The notes: generated by a model from the sequence alone, not told the origin. A stretch of DNA of 64,000 bases from Acidobacteriota bacterium (GCA_965205505.1 CBDBHB010000004.1:18206-82205), one strand, 5' to 3'. Positions 30,930 through 42,121 are shown, numbered from the stretch's first letter. A program made the numbers and translations.

Positions 30930-32383
30930 TGACGCGAGTATTTCGTGCGATCGGTGGCGCCACGATGCTCGCCGTTGTCGTGTTCAGCCCCGCAGCTACC
31001 GTGGCGACCAGTTGGGCCGAGCAAGGGGACTCGCGACTGGGCGCGGCGCGACGAGCTGTTCTCGACGGTCGAGTCGAGGAGGCGCTCGAGTTGCTCGCCA
31101 GGCTGGCGAGCGAGCGCCCCGAGTCGGCAGAGGTGGCGCTGTGGCTGGGTCACGCCTTGCAACGATCGGGCGATCCGCGCGGCGCGGCGCAGCAGTACGT
31201 TCAGGCGATGCGGCTCAACCCGGCGAATGCCGGCGCGCTCGTTGCGCTAGGTGACATGCAGTCGGACGCCGGCGACCTGGCGAGCGCGCTCGATTACTAC
31301 GAACAGGCGATCGTGGTGGCCCCCGACTTTCCGCTCGGGTACCGGAAGGCCGCCGGTATCGAGGTGCAGATGGTGCTACACCGCAACGCCATCGAGCATT
31401 TGAGCCAGTACCTCGAGATGCGCCCCGGCGATGTCGTGGCGATGAGCCTGCTCGGCATGGAGCAGTACCTGGACGAGGATATCGACGGTGCGATCGCCAC
31501 CCTGGAACGCGTCGTCGAGCTGGATCCGGATCATGTCAACGGCCACTTCGGGCTCGGAATGGCGCTGGCGGATCGGCCCGAGGAGTACGAGCGCGCGTTG
31601 GCGCATCTGGGCGCGGCGGCCGTCGCCGATCCCGACAACGCCATGGCGCATTATCTGATCGGGCGGATCCGCGCATCGCAGGGAGAGCTCGAGCCAGCCT
31701 TGGACGCGCTGAGGGCCAGTTTGGCGATCGACGCCGAGCAACCCGATGCGCACTACCGGATCGCGCTGGTATACGCACGTTTGAGCGACCGGGAGGCCGC
31801 CCGCGTCCACCAGGTGCGATTCCAGGAGCTGTCGCGGGTACGCGACGACGAGGAAGAGCTCCAACGGCGAATCGGGCTACTCACGGAAGCCGCCGGAGTG
31901 GCGATCGGTGCCGAAGACGTAGCCGGGGTGCGAGCGGTGGCCGAGGAGCTGGCGCAGCTGGTGCCCGACGACTTGGATGTTCTCTTGGTGCAAGCTCGCA
32001 TGGCATTGGCTGGCGGTGAGCCGAGCGCCGGGTTGCGCGCCACCGACCGCGCGCTGGAGCTCTATCCCGACCACTGGGAGGCTCACTATTTGCGCGGTCT
32101 ATTGCTACACCGTACCGGCCACTCGGCCGACGCGCTCGGTTTCCTGGAAGCAGCGGTCGAGCTGAACTCGATGTACGGGCCCGGCTACGCCGCACTGGGC
32201 AACGCCTTCATGGCACTCGCGGAGCCCGCGGCGGCATTGGACGCCTATCAGTCGGCGGTGACCCTGCAGCCGACGACGCCAGCTCACTATCTGAACCTGG
32301 CCACCGTCTACGGCGCGCTCGAACAGGGCGAGCTCGAGGCCCGAGCTCTAGCCACCTACCGCCGTTTACTAGCCGAGCAATAA
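30929..32383 (+). CDS. Secreted TPR protein
   Basis: TAATG coupling to the upstream gene, signal peptide, TPR repeats. Confidence 0.8.
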   Translation: MTRVFRAIGGATMLAVVVFSPAATVATSWAEQGDSRLGAARRAVLDGRVEEALELLARLASERPESAEVALWLGHALQRSGDPRGAAQQYVQAMRLNPANAGALVALGDMQSDAGDLASALDYYEQAIVVAPDFPLGYRKAAGIEVQMVLHRNAIEHLSQYLEMRPGDVVAMSLLGMEQYLDEDIDGAIATLERVVELDPDHVNGHFGLGMALADRPEEYERALAHLGAAAVADPDNAMAHYLIGRIRASQGELEPALDALRASLAIDAEQPDAHYRIALVYARLSDREAARVHQVRFQELSRVRDDEEELQRRIGLLTEAAGVAIGAEDVAGVRAVAEELAQLVPDDLDVLLVQARMALAGGEPSAGLRATDRALELYPDHWEAHYLRGLLLHRTGHSADALGFLEAAVELNSMYGPGYAALGNAFMALAEPAAALDAYQSAVTLQPTTPAHYLNLATVYGALEQGELEARALATYRRLLAEQ

Positions 32384-32475
32384 CGCCGACTGCGGCTGGC
32401 GGGGCGGATCGGTCGCTGGTCGAACTGCTGCTGCCGGGAACGGTGATCTTGCACCCTGGCGTCACGTGCCCGATG

Positions 32476-34131
32476 CTAGTGCCCTATCGAGTCGAGCCAC
32501 GCCTCGGCGTGACCGTAGAGCCGCGCGTAGTAGTCAGCGAAACCGGCGGCGGTGAGCGGCTCCCATACATCAGGGACGGCGGGATTGCCCTCGAGAATCT
32601 CGCCGTTCGGCCGAATCGTGTGCCCGATGCTCCACATGAAGCCGATCACCGGCTGGTCGGTACCCGAAAACGCGAGCTCCTCTTCCCACTCCCACGTGTT
32701 CGAGTATCCGCCTGCCGGCATGCCGATGATCGGACCGAGATCGTTGTCCGCGACGATGGAGTTGAACTGATCTAGATGGGAGCCGCCGTGGGGTCCGCTG
32801 ATGACCACCAGCGGGCCGGTGAAGTGCAGCGGCGCCGGCTCGAGCACCCCGTTGGAATCCTTCGGTGCGTGCGCCAGCTTGAAGGGTACCGGCACCGTCG
32901 TCGTGTCGCCGCGCGCCAGCCCCGCGATGACGTCGTTCTGCAGCCAATCCAGTAACCAGGTTCCGTCATCGATCGTCTCGGGGGAGCTGCCCTCGAGCAG
33001 CGCCCGTGCGTCGAGCTCGGCCCGCTTGACCGTAATGAACGGCTCGATCACGTCGGACAGACGCAGCGTGCCGAAGGTGGTCTTGAATGCCCGCGGCTGC
33101 AGTCGTTGCAGGGCGTACGGGCCGAGCGAGCCACCTCGACTTCGTGTCACATCGACGATCAGCGCGTCGTCGAGCCAGCCTTCCTGCTCGGCTCGGGCCA
33201 CCAGCGTGTCAACGTCCTCGACCAGCGTGGCTCCAAAGCCCCACCACACCAAGATGGCGATCTTGCGCCCGTCCTCGGGCCGCAACAGATCATAGGTCGG
33301 CGTGCTGCCGACCCGAGTGAATCCGACGTACGCAGGCTCGGCGAGGTCGCGCCATACCAACGCCTCGGGGTCGTGGTAGCCGAGGGTGACAGAGTAGAAG
33401 CGGCCGTCGCCATCCTCCAGCATCAGCAGCAACTCCTCATCGACGAGGGTGGGGTGCAGCACGCCGGTTCGCCGCGGGATGGTGTTGGCGATCTCCCAGC
33501 GAAGGCCGACGGCAGTCGAGTGGCGGATGTACGGCGTGGCAAGCTCGACGTACTCGGAAATGTGCAAGCCGTTGATCTGCACGATCCGATCGCCGGGCGT
33601 GATGCGGCGTGCCGCTTCGTAGCCGTCAGCGATGTCGCCGACGAAGTAGTCCTGGGATCCGCGGCTGTAATCCGGGAACACGCGGATCGGCGACTGCCGC
33701 GGTATCGCCGTCTCCACCTCGCCCATGGTGGGGAACCCATCGGTGAGCTCCGGCGAGATCCCCCCGGGGATGAGCATGACCGACAGATGCCGATCGCGGC
33801 GCGCGGCGCTCAGCCGCGCCAGCGCGTAGAAGAGCTCGCTCTCGGTCTCCGCCCCGACCACCGCGTCGCGCTCGCCGCGCATGGCGCGGATGGGATCGAT
33901 GTCGAGCGCACTGTTCTTGATCGGCGAGAACGCCTCCCGATCCTTGGTCTTGGAGATAATTGCGCTGAAAAGTGCCACGCGTTGCTCTGCAGTGCCGACC
34001 GCTGACGTCAGCGCTGAGCAGCCGGATGCGCTCAGCGCACCCGCGAGCGCGACGACGAAGCAATGTCGGACGACAGGCAACGGTGCGTTCACCTCCGCAT
34101 CGTACTGTCGCGCGTGGCGCGGCGTCGACAT
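32476..34131 (-). CDS. Putative S41-like peptidase with PDZ-like segment (lipoprotein)
   Basis: 'GDRIVQING', 'LIVDVT..RGG', 'F.GPLVV', 'ILEG....PD'. The catalytic motif is atypical and the start is uncertain. Confidence 0.55.
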   Translation of the reverse strand: MSTPRHARQYDAEVNAPLPVVRHCFVVALAGALSASGCSALTSAVGTAEQRVALFSAIISKTKDREAFSPIKNSALDIDPIRAMRGERDAVVGAETESELFYALARLSAARRDRHLSVMLIPGGISPELTDGFPTMGEVETAIPRQSPIRVFPDYSRGSQDYFVGDIADGYEAARRITPGDRIVQINGLHISEYVELATPYIRHSTAVGLRWEIANTIPRRTGVLHPTLVDEELLLMLEDGDGRFYSVTLGYHDPEALVWRDLAEPAYVGFTRVGSTPTYDLLRPEDGRKIAILVWWGFGATLVEDVDTLVARAEQEGWLDDALIVDVTRSRGGSLGPYALQRLQPRAFKTTFGTLRLSDVIEPFITVKRAELDARALLEGSSPETIDDGTWLLDWLQNDVIAGLARGDTTTVPVPFKLAHAPKDSNGVLEPAPLHFTGPLVVISGPHGGSHLDQFNSIVADNDLGPIIGMPAGGYSNTWEWEEELAFSGTDQPVIGFMWSIGHTIRPNGEILEGNPAVPDVWEPLTAAGFADYYARLYGHAEAWLDSIGH

Positions 34132-34205
34132 GGCGTACCCTCGATCTAGTGTCCTGATAACAGAGGTTCGTTGCATATTGCTGGGTCGAGATGGGGAGGA
34201 GCGAC

Positions 34206-34739
34206 ATGGTGGACGAGGCGAGTCTGGAACGCACACCCGGCGGCACGGTTGCTACTAGCGACGGCTGGTTCGTGTTGCACACCTCTGACGCTCCCTGGAT
34301 GCGCAGCGCGCGCTTCGGAGCCGGTTGCCGCTTCGAGGGCCAGGCACGGTTCCCGCAAGTCGGCATCAACCTTCGAGTCCTGGAGCCCGGAACGCCCGCC
34401 TGCCTCTACCACCGCGAGAACGCCCAGGAGGACTTCTTCGTCATCTCCGGCAAGGGCACTCTCGTCGTCGAAGAGCAGGAACGGTCCCTACGAGCCGGAG
34501 ACTTCGTTCACTGTCCCGCCGAGACGAACCATGTGCTCGTCGGCGCCGGCGACGGCCCCTGCGTGATCCTGATGATCGGCTACCGACCCGATCAGGAGGA
34601 GCTCTGCTACCCGGTGAGCGCAGCCGCCGCCAAGTACGGTGGCTCGGTGGCCGAGGAAACTCCGAGCCAGAAGGAAGCGTACGGTTCGATGGACATCGAG
34701 CCCATTGCGCCCATGTGGCTGCTGTATGGGGCGGACTGA
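34206..34739 (+). CDS. Cupin-domain protein
   Basis: 'LYHRENAQEDFFVISG.GTL', 'GDFVHCP..TNH'. Confidence 0.8.
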   Translation: MVDEASLERTPGGTVATSDGWFVLHTSDAPWMRSARFGAGCRFEGQARFPQVGINLRVLEPGTPACLYHRENAQEDFFVISGKGTLVVEEQERSLRAGDFVHCPAETNHVLVGAGDGPCVILMIGYRPDQEELCYPVSAAAAKYGGSVAEETPSQKEAYGSMDIEPIAPMWLLYGAD

Positions 34740-35649
34740 AGAGCACCTCGTGTGGGCGCGGCGGGCCGAAGCGCTGTCGGTGGCCTCCGTCGCCGAGATC
34801 GTTTCCGAGCGCTTCCGCGACCTTCGCGGGCTGCGTGTCGACTTCCTGGGCGAAGGCTGGGACTACCGTGCGTTCGAAGTGGATTCTCGATGGGTATTCC
34901 GCTTTCCGAAACGCGAGTCGAGCAACGCCCGCCTGAAGATGGAGCATGGGCTGCTAGCGGGACTCGCCGGCTCGCTGCCCTTGCGCGTGCCCCTCTACGC
35001 ATACCTGGCGAGGGTTCCCGGGCACCCGGAGTGGCGCTTCGGCGGCTACCGCAAGCTCCCTGGACCGGCTGCCGAAGCTGCCGATCGTGTCGATTCGATG
35101 GCGGTCGCCCGACAGCTCGGCCACTTCCTGGATCGCCTCCACGCCTATCCGCTCGAGGCGGCGCGCGCCGCAGGAGTCCCCGAACGTCCCGATCTTGCGG
35201 AACAGATGTCGGAGCGGGCGCGCCGGCAACTCGCGCGCATCGAGGACCGCGAGATCGACCTCCCACGGCTTGGCGCCTTTCTCGACGCGGGCGCGCCCGC
35301 TCCTTGCAGCACGCGCCTGACGCTGGTCCACAATGACCTCGGGCCGGATCACGTCTTGGTCGATCCGGACTCGGGGCAGGCACGCGCGGTGATCGATTGG
35401 AGCGACGCGGTGATCGCCGAGCCGGCCGCCGACTTCGCCGGCATCAACGCTTGGCTGGGCGAGCGTTGCGTAGAACGTGCCTTGGAGCACTACACGCACG
35501 AGTTGGACACCGCGCTCATCGCCCGCGCTCGGTACCTGGGAATATGCGTGGCCCTCCACCTCCTCACGCTGTCGCGACAGCTCGACCAAGCTGGGTGGGA
35601 GAGGGTCGGCATGAGGGCGTTGCGACGCGATTTCGCTTCCGAGCAGTGA
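34726..35649 (+). CDS. Aminoglycoside-phosphotransferase-like kinase
   Basis: 'GEGWD', 'VFRFP', 'HNDLGPDH', 'IDWSDA'. Start uncertain. Confidence 0.8.
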   Translation: MGRTEEHLVWARRAEALSVASVAEIVSERFRDLRGLRVDFLGEGWDYRAFEVDSRWVFRFPKRESSNARLKMEHGLLAGLAGSLPLRVPLYAYLARVPGHPEWRFGGYRKLPGPAAEAADRVDSMAVARQLGHFLDRLHAYPLEAARAAGVPERPDLAEQMSERARRQLARIEDREIDLPRLGAFLDAGAPAPCSTRLTLVHNDLGPDHVLVDPDSGQARAVIDWSDAVIAEPAADFAGINAWLGERCVERALEHYTHELDTALIARARYLGICVALHLLTLSRQLDQAGWERVGMRALRRDFASEQ

Positions 35650-35652
35650 GCG

Positions 35653-36327
35653 ATGGGTGACGGGCAGAACCTCGAAGCCGTCCGACTCCCCATCGTCGCC
35701 GTCATCGGCTCCGGATCGCCGCATCATCCCAGCGCTCGCCTCGCCGCTGAGCTCGGCGCCCTGGTGGCTCGTAAGCACTGCCACCTGCTGACCGGCGGCG
35801 GCGGCGGCGTGATGTTCGACGCCTCGCGGGGATTCACCGCGGTGGGAGCGCGCAGCGGCCTGGCGATCGGCGTCATCCCTCGTGCTGCTAGCGGCGACGG
35901 CCCCAAGCCTGGCTATCCCAACGAGCACGTCGAGGTACCGATCTACACCCACCTTGCCGGTGCCGACCCGACCTCGGTGCAAAGCCGCAATCCGATCAAC
36001 GTGCTGACTTGTTGCTGTGTGGTGGCCCTGCCGGGCGACGCCGGGACGCGCGCCGAGGCGCGGCTGGCACTGCGCTACGGCACGCCGATTCGGGCCGTCA
36101 TCGACGTCGGCGCGGCGCCCTCTTCGACCCTGTTCGAAAAAACGATGACGGCGATGGGCGTGGCTTGCGTGCACGTCGAGATGCGTCCCGGCAAGAACGC
36201 GGACTTCGATCTCGGGTCGGTCGAGGCGTTCATCAACGGCTCTCCGGTAAGACCTTGCGACACCGTGAGCGTGAGTAGGACGTCGCCGACAGTCGGCGAG
36301 CATGCGGCTCGTTTCGATCGCCCATGA
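35653..36327 (+). CDS. LOG/SLOG-family nucleotide-binding protein
   Basis: 'LLTGGGGGVM', 'SRN.IN', 'ALPG.AGT..E'. Confidence 0.75.
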   Translation: MGDGQNLEAVRLPIVAVIGSGSPHHPSARLAAELGALVARKHCHLLTGGGGGVMFDASRGFTAVGARSGLAIGVIPRAASGDGPKPGYPNEHVEVPIYTHLAGADPTSVQSRNPINVLTCCCVVALPGDAGTRAEARLALRYGTPIRAVIDVGAAPSSTLFEKTMTAMGVACVHVEMRPGKNADFDLGSVEAFINGSPVRPCDTVSVSRTSPTVGEHAARFDRP

Positions 36328-36480
36328 GTGAGCGCATCGTCGGCTACGACCTGGCACGGGCGCTTGCCGTCTTCGGGATGGTCACGGTGAACTTCAAGGT
36401 CGTCATGACCACACCGGATGCCGGTCCTGCGTGGCTGGCACGGACGGTCGAGCTGCTCGAGGGTCGGGCCGCCGCAACCA
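36324..36480 (+). pseudogene. N-terminal fragment of a DUF418-like membrane protein
   Basis: 'RIVGYDLARALAVFGM..VN...EGRAAAT', then similarity is lost. Confidence 0.6.
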
Positions 36481-36612
36481 ACCTGTGCGGACTTCGGCCG
36501 CCGAGTTGCCTTCGGTCATGCGGCCAGCGGCCGGAGATCCGGTTGCTGTGGGTGTATCATCCGCCGGTTGACCGGGCATGAGCCCTATTGCCGAGGGAGC
36601 TGGGAGAAGCAG

Positions 36613-38652
36613 ATGCCGACGATCGCGCGTTCGAAGCCCACGTGGACGAAACCTGCGATGTGCGCCGCGATCGCGGTCACCCTGTGCTTGATGTCGATGC
36701 CTGCGGTCGGTCAGAACGCCGGATCGAGCACCGGCACCGAGAACGGCGAATGGCGCCACTGGGGCGGCGATACCTTCAGCACACGCTATTCGCCGCTCGA
36801 CCAGATCAACGCCGACAACTTCGAGGATCTCGAGGTCGCCTGGGTGTGGAGGGGCGACAATTACGGCCCTTCGGTAGACAACATCATGCGCTCCACACCG
36901 ACTTATGTGAACGGAGTGCTCTACACGGTCGCCGGTCAGCGGCGCACGGTCGTCGCTATCGACCCGGCCACCGGCGAGACGCTGTGGACCTATCGTGAGC
37001 CCTACACACCGCGTTGGGAACAATCGATGCGGAAGAACTACGGCAAGGGCGTCGGCTACGCCAACATCGACCGGCGCGGTGTGATCTACATGATCTCGCC
37101 GGGCTTCTTCCTGCACGCGCTCGACGCCGTCACCGGAAAGCCGATCGAGCAGTTCGGCAACGAGGGCACTGTAGATCTACTGGCCGACTTCGGCTACGAG
37201 TACGACGCCTACGAGGGTCTCCCCAACGAAGTCGGCTATATCACCAACTCGTCGCCGCCGATGGTGGTCAACGATGTGGTAGTGGTGGGCAACTCCCACG
37301 AGCAGGGGTACCGACAGACGCGCCGCGAGAACGTGCCTGGGCATGTGTTGGCCTATGACGCACGCTCCGGCGAGCACCTGTGGAAGTTCAACGTTATTCC
37401 GCAGCCGGGCGAGTTCGGCCACGACACCTGGGACAACGACGCGTGGTCGTACACCGGCAACGTATCAGCATGGGCACCGATGGCCGCCGACCCGGAGCTC
37501 GGGCTGGTCTACTTCGCCACCGACCCACCGACCAACGATTACTGGGGAGGCCACCATCCCGGCGACAACCTCTTCGCCACCACGATAATTGCCGTCGATA
37601 TCAAGACAGGTAAGCGCTGCTGGCACTTCCAAACGGTGCACCACGACATCTGGAATTACGACAACCCCACTGCGCCGAACCTCGTCGACATCACCGTTGA
37701 CGGCAGGAGGATTCCGGCGCTGGTACAGACGACCAAGCAGAGCTTCGCCTATGTGCTCAACCGTGAGACCGGCGAGCCGGTGTGGCCGATCGAGGAGCGC
37801 CCAGTTCCAAGATCGAAGATACCGGGTGAATACACTTCGCCGACGCAGCCCTTCCCGACCAGGCCGGCGGCGTACGAGATGCAGGGTGTCACCGAGGACG
37901 ACCTGATTGACTTCACACCGCAGCTCCGGCAGGCGGCGATAGAGATGCTCAGCGAGTACGAGCTCGGGCCGCTGTTCAACCCGCCGCTGCACCGCGACAA
38001 CGACCTGGGCCTCAGAGCCTCGGTCCATTGCCCGGGAGGCAACGGTGGCACCAACATCCCCGGTGGCGCGGCAGTCGACCCGGAGATCCAGATTCTCTAC
38101 GTCGCGTCTACGAAGACTTGCTCCGCGCCGACGTTGATTCCAGGCAGCGAGGCAGATGCCAACGATCCCAACCCGATCGGCAAGACGGTCACGGCGTGGG
38201 CCAGCGGACCGGGCTTTGGGCCCGGTGGAGTCCAGGGTTTGCCCTACCTGAAGCCGCCCTACGGTCGCATCACTGCGATCGATCTGAACACCGGCGAGCA
38301 TCTGTGGTGGATCCCCAACGGCGACACACCCGACGCGATTACCCATCACCCGGCGCTTCAGGGCCTCGATATCCCCAACACCGGAAAGCCAAGCCACGCC
38401 ACCAAGGTGATTACCAAGACACTGCTCATCTACGCCGAGGGCCGCCGCGGCGCTCCACTGTTGCACGCGGTCGACAAGCTCACCGGCGAGCGGCTCGGCA
38501 CGGTTGATATCCCGGCGCAGAGCAACAGCGCGCCCATGACCTACATGCACGAGGGCAGGCAGTACATCGTGCTGCCCATAGGCGGGCCGGCCCACTCCGG
38601 TTCGCTCGCCGCCGTGGCGCTACCTACCGGACTAGCCCAACCGGATCACTAG
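36613..38652 (+). CDS. PQQ-dependent dehydrogenase (quinoprotein glucose dehydrogenase-like)
   Basis: 'RYSPLDQIN', 'WHFQTVHHDIWNYD', 'KPPYGRITAIDL.TG', 'PMTY..EGRQYI'. Confidence 0.88.
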   Translation: MPTIARSKPTWTKPAMCAAIAVTLCLMSMPAVGQNAGSSTGTENGEWRHWGGDTFSTRYSPLDQINADNFEDLEVAWVWRGDNYGPSVDNIMRSTPTYVNGVLYTVAGQRRTVVAIDPATGETLWTYREPYTPRWEQSMRKNYGKGVGYANIDRRGVIYMISPGFFLHALDAVTGKPIEQFGNEGTVDLLADFGYEYDAYEGLPNEVGYITNSSPPMVVNDVVVVGNSHEQGYRQTRRENVPGHVLAYDARSGEHLWKFNVIPQPGEFGHDTWDNDAWSYTGNVSAWAPMAADPELGLVYFATDPPTNDYWGGHHPGDNLFATTIIAVDIKTGKRCWHFQTVHHDIWNYDNPTAPNLVDITVDGRRIPALVQTTKQSFAYVLNRETGEPVWPIEERPVPRSKIPGEYTSPTQPFPTRPAAYEMQGVTEDDLIDFTPQLRQAAIEMLSEYELGPLFNPPLHRDNDLGLRASVHCPGGNGGTNIPGGAAVDPEIQILYVASTKTCSAPTLIPGSEADANDPNPIGKTVTAWASGPGFGPGGVQGLPYLKPPYGRITAIDLNTGEHLWWIPNGDTPDAITHHPALQGLDIPNTGKPSHATKVITKTLLIYAEGRRGAPLLHAVDKLTGERLGTVDIPAQSNSAPMTYMHEGRQYIVLPIGGPAHSGSLAAVALPTGLAQPDH

Positions 38653-38692
38653 CGTGCACTAGCAGGCTGGGGGGGCCACCACGGCCTGCTAG

Positions 38693-40664
38693 CTACCCCT
38701 CGATACGCGTCGCCTCGAACACCCCGTTGGGCTGGATGAAACGGGCACCGGTGACAACCGCCGAGTCGTCGAGCAGAAACTCGAGGCTGAATCCGCTCAA
38801 GCGACCGATACCGAATTCGGTGCCGCGCATCGGCTCGAGCGAGTAGACTGGCTGACCCGGCAAGGCAACCCGTAGCTCGGTGCCGTGAAGCGTTACCTCG
38901 GCCCGCTGGCTGGTTAGCTCGTAGACGCCCACGAACTGCGCCAAGTAGTGGGCATCCGAGAGCCGCTCGTAGGCACGCTTGGTGAACACGATCGGGTCCA
39001 TCTGCGACTCGAACGGCACCGCGAGCTCGGCAATCTCGCCGGCGGTGTCGAGGCGGAACAGCACCTTGGTGTCTTCGAACGTGGGATCTTCGCCGTCGTC
39101 CATACCGTTGAAGGTGTTGTGGTGCCAGTGCTCGAGGTTGACGGCCATGTTGTTGTACTTCATTCGCAGACGGCCCTCATCGAGGGACACCTCGACGACC
39201 CCGTACCCCGGCTGCTCATACTTGCCGGCGTACTCGGCCAGCGGATGCGTCGGCGCCGTGCCCGCCTTGCGCTTGGCCTCGGCGTTGGTGCGCGCCTCCG
39301 CCTGCGCTTTCTCTCCTTCTTCGACGGCCTCCAACGCCTCGGCGAGGTAGCCGGCGTCGTCGAGTCCCAGGATGCGATCGATCACCGTCCGCGCCACCGC
39401 CGTGGGCACCGGATTAGCGCCGGCCGCATTCGTGTAGACCACCACGCCGAAGTCGTCCAACGGTAGCAGGGCGACCCAGGAGATGAACCCATTGATGCCG
39501 CCGCCATGCTGCACGAGGAAGTGGCCGCGGTGAGCCTCGATCGACCAACCGAGACCGTAGCCCATGGTCATCGTCCGCGACCCGCTCGGATACTCCGAGA
39601 TCGCCATGTGCGGCGTGTGCATCTCCCGCAGCGTAGCCGCCTCGATGAGGCGTTTGTCGCCGATGGCCCCGCCGCCCAGCTGCATCCGCATCCACTGGCT
39701 CATCTCCGAGACCGACGAGTTGATCGATCCGGCCGGCCCGATGATGTCGATGTTGCGGAACGGGATGAGTTGCGAGGCGCGATCTTCGAGCGCGTAGGGC
39801 GACGCGTGGTCGGGGTCCTGCTGTGAGGCAAGCACCGAGAAGTTCGAACGCTGCATGCCCAGCGGCGTGAAGATACGCTCGCGCACCAGGTCTTCCCAGC
39901 TCTTGTCGGTGATGCGCTCCGCCAGGTAACCCGCGGTCATGAACATGAGGTTCTGATACTGGAACTCCTCGCCCAGGTCGCGGGTGGGCTCCAGATATGC
40001 CAGGCGCGCAAATAGCTCCTTGCGAGACAGCGGCGAGCTCGCCTTCGTCGACCAACGTCCCGAGGATGAACGCGGTAAACGCCTTAGTGGTCGATCCGAT
40101 GGCGAACAGCGTGTCGGGAGTAACGGGTGTGGCGTCGTCGACATGCCGCAGCCCATATCCCTTGGCGAACACCACCTCGTCGGAGGCGACCACGGCGATG
40201 GCCAACCCGGGCACGCCGAAGTCCTCGAGCGCACTCTCGATCACGGCATCGATGTCGGCAAGCGCGGCGCGGGCGTTGTCGGCGATCGGCATGCCGCGCG
40301 TGAGCTCGAAGGGAAACGAGCCGCCCCCTTGAGTGAACTCGCCGCTAATCTGGTCGCCTTCGACGGTACCGTTGAAGATCGGCTCGCCGGGAACACCGAC
40401 GATCGCGAAGCGGACCGAGTCTCCGTCAACAGAGAGCTCGCCCAGCGGCAGGTCGGTGGCGTTCTGCGCCGGGATGCTGATCGTCCCCGCGAGGTCGCTG
40501 CCTGAGTCCGTGAAGTCGAGCTTGACTACCAGCGGCGATCCGGGAATCTCGATCGACCCTTCCCAGTGCCCGGCCAGCGTGGATTGGGCCAGCGCAGCAG
40601 CGGCCGGGAAAGCCACCAGCGCACCGACGAGGAATACAGCATTGACAGCAGCGGTTCGCCGCAT
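38693..40664 (-). pseudogene. Serine hydrolase (class C beta-lactamase fold plus DUF3471-like tail) with an internal deletion/frameshift near 40035
   Basis: SxxK 'STTK' is in one frame; 'YQN' and 'HGGG' are in another. The usual segment between 'VDEGEL' and 'PLSRKEL' is missing. Confidence 0.8.
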
Positions 40665-40711
40665 GACCGTGCCTCCGGGAGAGAATTGCCAGGTGCGCAA
40701 GATTCTACCGG

Positions 40712-42121
40712 CTACGACACTAGGGGTTGCGCCTCGCCTGGCTCCGGTTCCGCAGTGGGCAAGTGCACCGGCAGGAGCACCCGGCCTTCTTGGACGACGA
40801 GCTCGCCGTCTCGTACCACCGAGACCACGTTGGCAAGGTCGCGGATGCGCTCGTCCGGACGACCGTCGACAACAATCACATCGGCCAGCTTGCCAACCTC
40901 GATCGTGCCTAACTTATCGTCCATGTCGAGGATCTCGGCACCGGTGCGCGTCGCCGCTACGAGAGCCTCCGGAATGCTCATCCCGGCCTCGATCATGAAC
41001 TCGAGCTCGCGGATGTACGGACTCGGCAGATAACGGAACCATTCGGCGATCAGATCGGTACCGACGCCGATCTTCACGCCGGCCTCTCGCAACCGGCGCA
41101 GCACGTCGAAGTTGGCCTGTTTGGAGAACGTGAAACGACGCGAGGTGGAACCGAAATAACCACCCGACATGTCGAAGATGTACACATACGGGATCAGTGT
41201 CGGCACCGCCATGGTGCCGCTGTCGACCATACGCTGGATGGTGCCGTCGGTGCGCGGCAGCGGGTGTTCGATGATGTCTACGCCCGCCTCGATAGCCCGA
41301 TCAATGTAGAAAGTCTCGGCGTCGGCGGTAACGCGGATACCGAGATCGTGTGCCTCCTCGACGGCAGCCGCCGCCTCCGCCGTGGTGAAATGGCTGGCGA
41401 TCTTGATCAGGTCTGCCCCGGCCTTCAGCTGCTCGCGCACCGCATTGCGCCAGTCTTCGGGTCCCGAAGCTTCACGGATCGTGCCCCGCGCAGGCGAATG
41501 CTCGTCGACCCCCTCGGCTCCGTGTCCGCCCGTCCCAGTGATCAGCTGTCCCGCCGCGAACACCCGCGGCCCCGGCAGTCGGTGCGCCGCAACCCAGTCT
41601 TTGAGGCGGAAGGGGACGTCGCCGTCCGACCCCGTGTCCCGTACCGAGGTAATCCCGCTTTGGATATATACACGTAGCCGCTCCATGCCGCGCAGCGCCT
41701 GGTCGGCGGGGCTGCGGCCGATCGCCGGGAAGACACCGGGCTCGTCGTACGACAGGTGTACGTGCAGGTCGATGAGGCCAGGCAACACGGTCTTGCCCGC
41801 CGCATCCACCACCACGGCATCTTGCGGCCAGTCGGCGTCGGCCGGGGCGCTGATGCGGGCGATGCGGTTTCCTTCCACCACCACCGTCGCCTGGCGCGCC
41901 GGCGCCCCCGTACCATCGAACACACGGCCCCCGACGATCACCAGGTTGCCCTCCCAGGGGCTGTAACCAGCCGGCATGGGGATCCGGCGCGGATCGTCCG
42001 TGGTGGTCGTCGATCGATCCAGGTGCTGGCGACGCTGTTGCTGCGCCCCCGCACCTGCAGCGAAGGCGCCCACGAGAACCACCGACAGGACTAGCGGAAA
42101 CCGTCCGATGTACGCTCGCAC
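40712..42121 (-). CDS. Metal-dependent amidohydrolase
   Basis: 'PGLIDLHVH', 'IEH', 'GTD', 'GTIEVGKLAD'. Confidence 0.88.
   Translation of the reverse strand: MRAYIGRFPLVLSVVLVGAFAAGAGAQQQRRQHLDRSTTTTDDPRRIPMPAGYSPWEGNLVIVGGRVFDGTGAPARQATVVVEGNRIARISAPADADWPQDAVVVDAAGKTVLPGLIDLHVHLSYDEPGVFPAIGRSPADQALRGMERLRVYIQSGITSVRDTGSDGDVPFRLKDWVAAHRLPGPRVFAAGQLITGTGGHGAEGVDEHSPARGTIREASGPEDWRNAVREQLKAGADLIKIASHFTTAEAAAAVEEAHDLGIRVTADAETFYIDRAIEAGVDIIEHPLPRTDGTIQRMVDSGTMAVPTLIPYVYIFDMSGGYFGSTSRRFTFSKQANFDVLRRLREAGVKIGVGTDLIAEWFRYLPSPYIRELEFMIEAGMSIPEALVAATRTGAEILDMDDKLGTIEVGKLADVIVVDGRPDERIRDLANVVSVVRDGELVVQEGRVLLPVHLPTAEPEPGEAQPLVS

Noticed and set aside
34726-40664. Antibiotic resistance genes (APH-like kinase, beta-lactamase-fold hydrolase)
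   Set aside because: Only broad superfamily motifs are present, and the hydrolase is disrupted.
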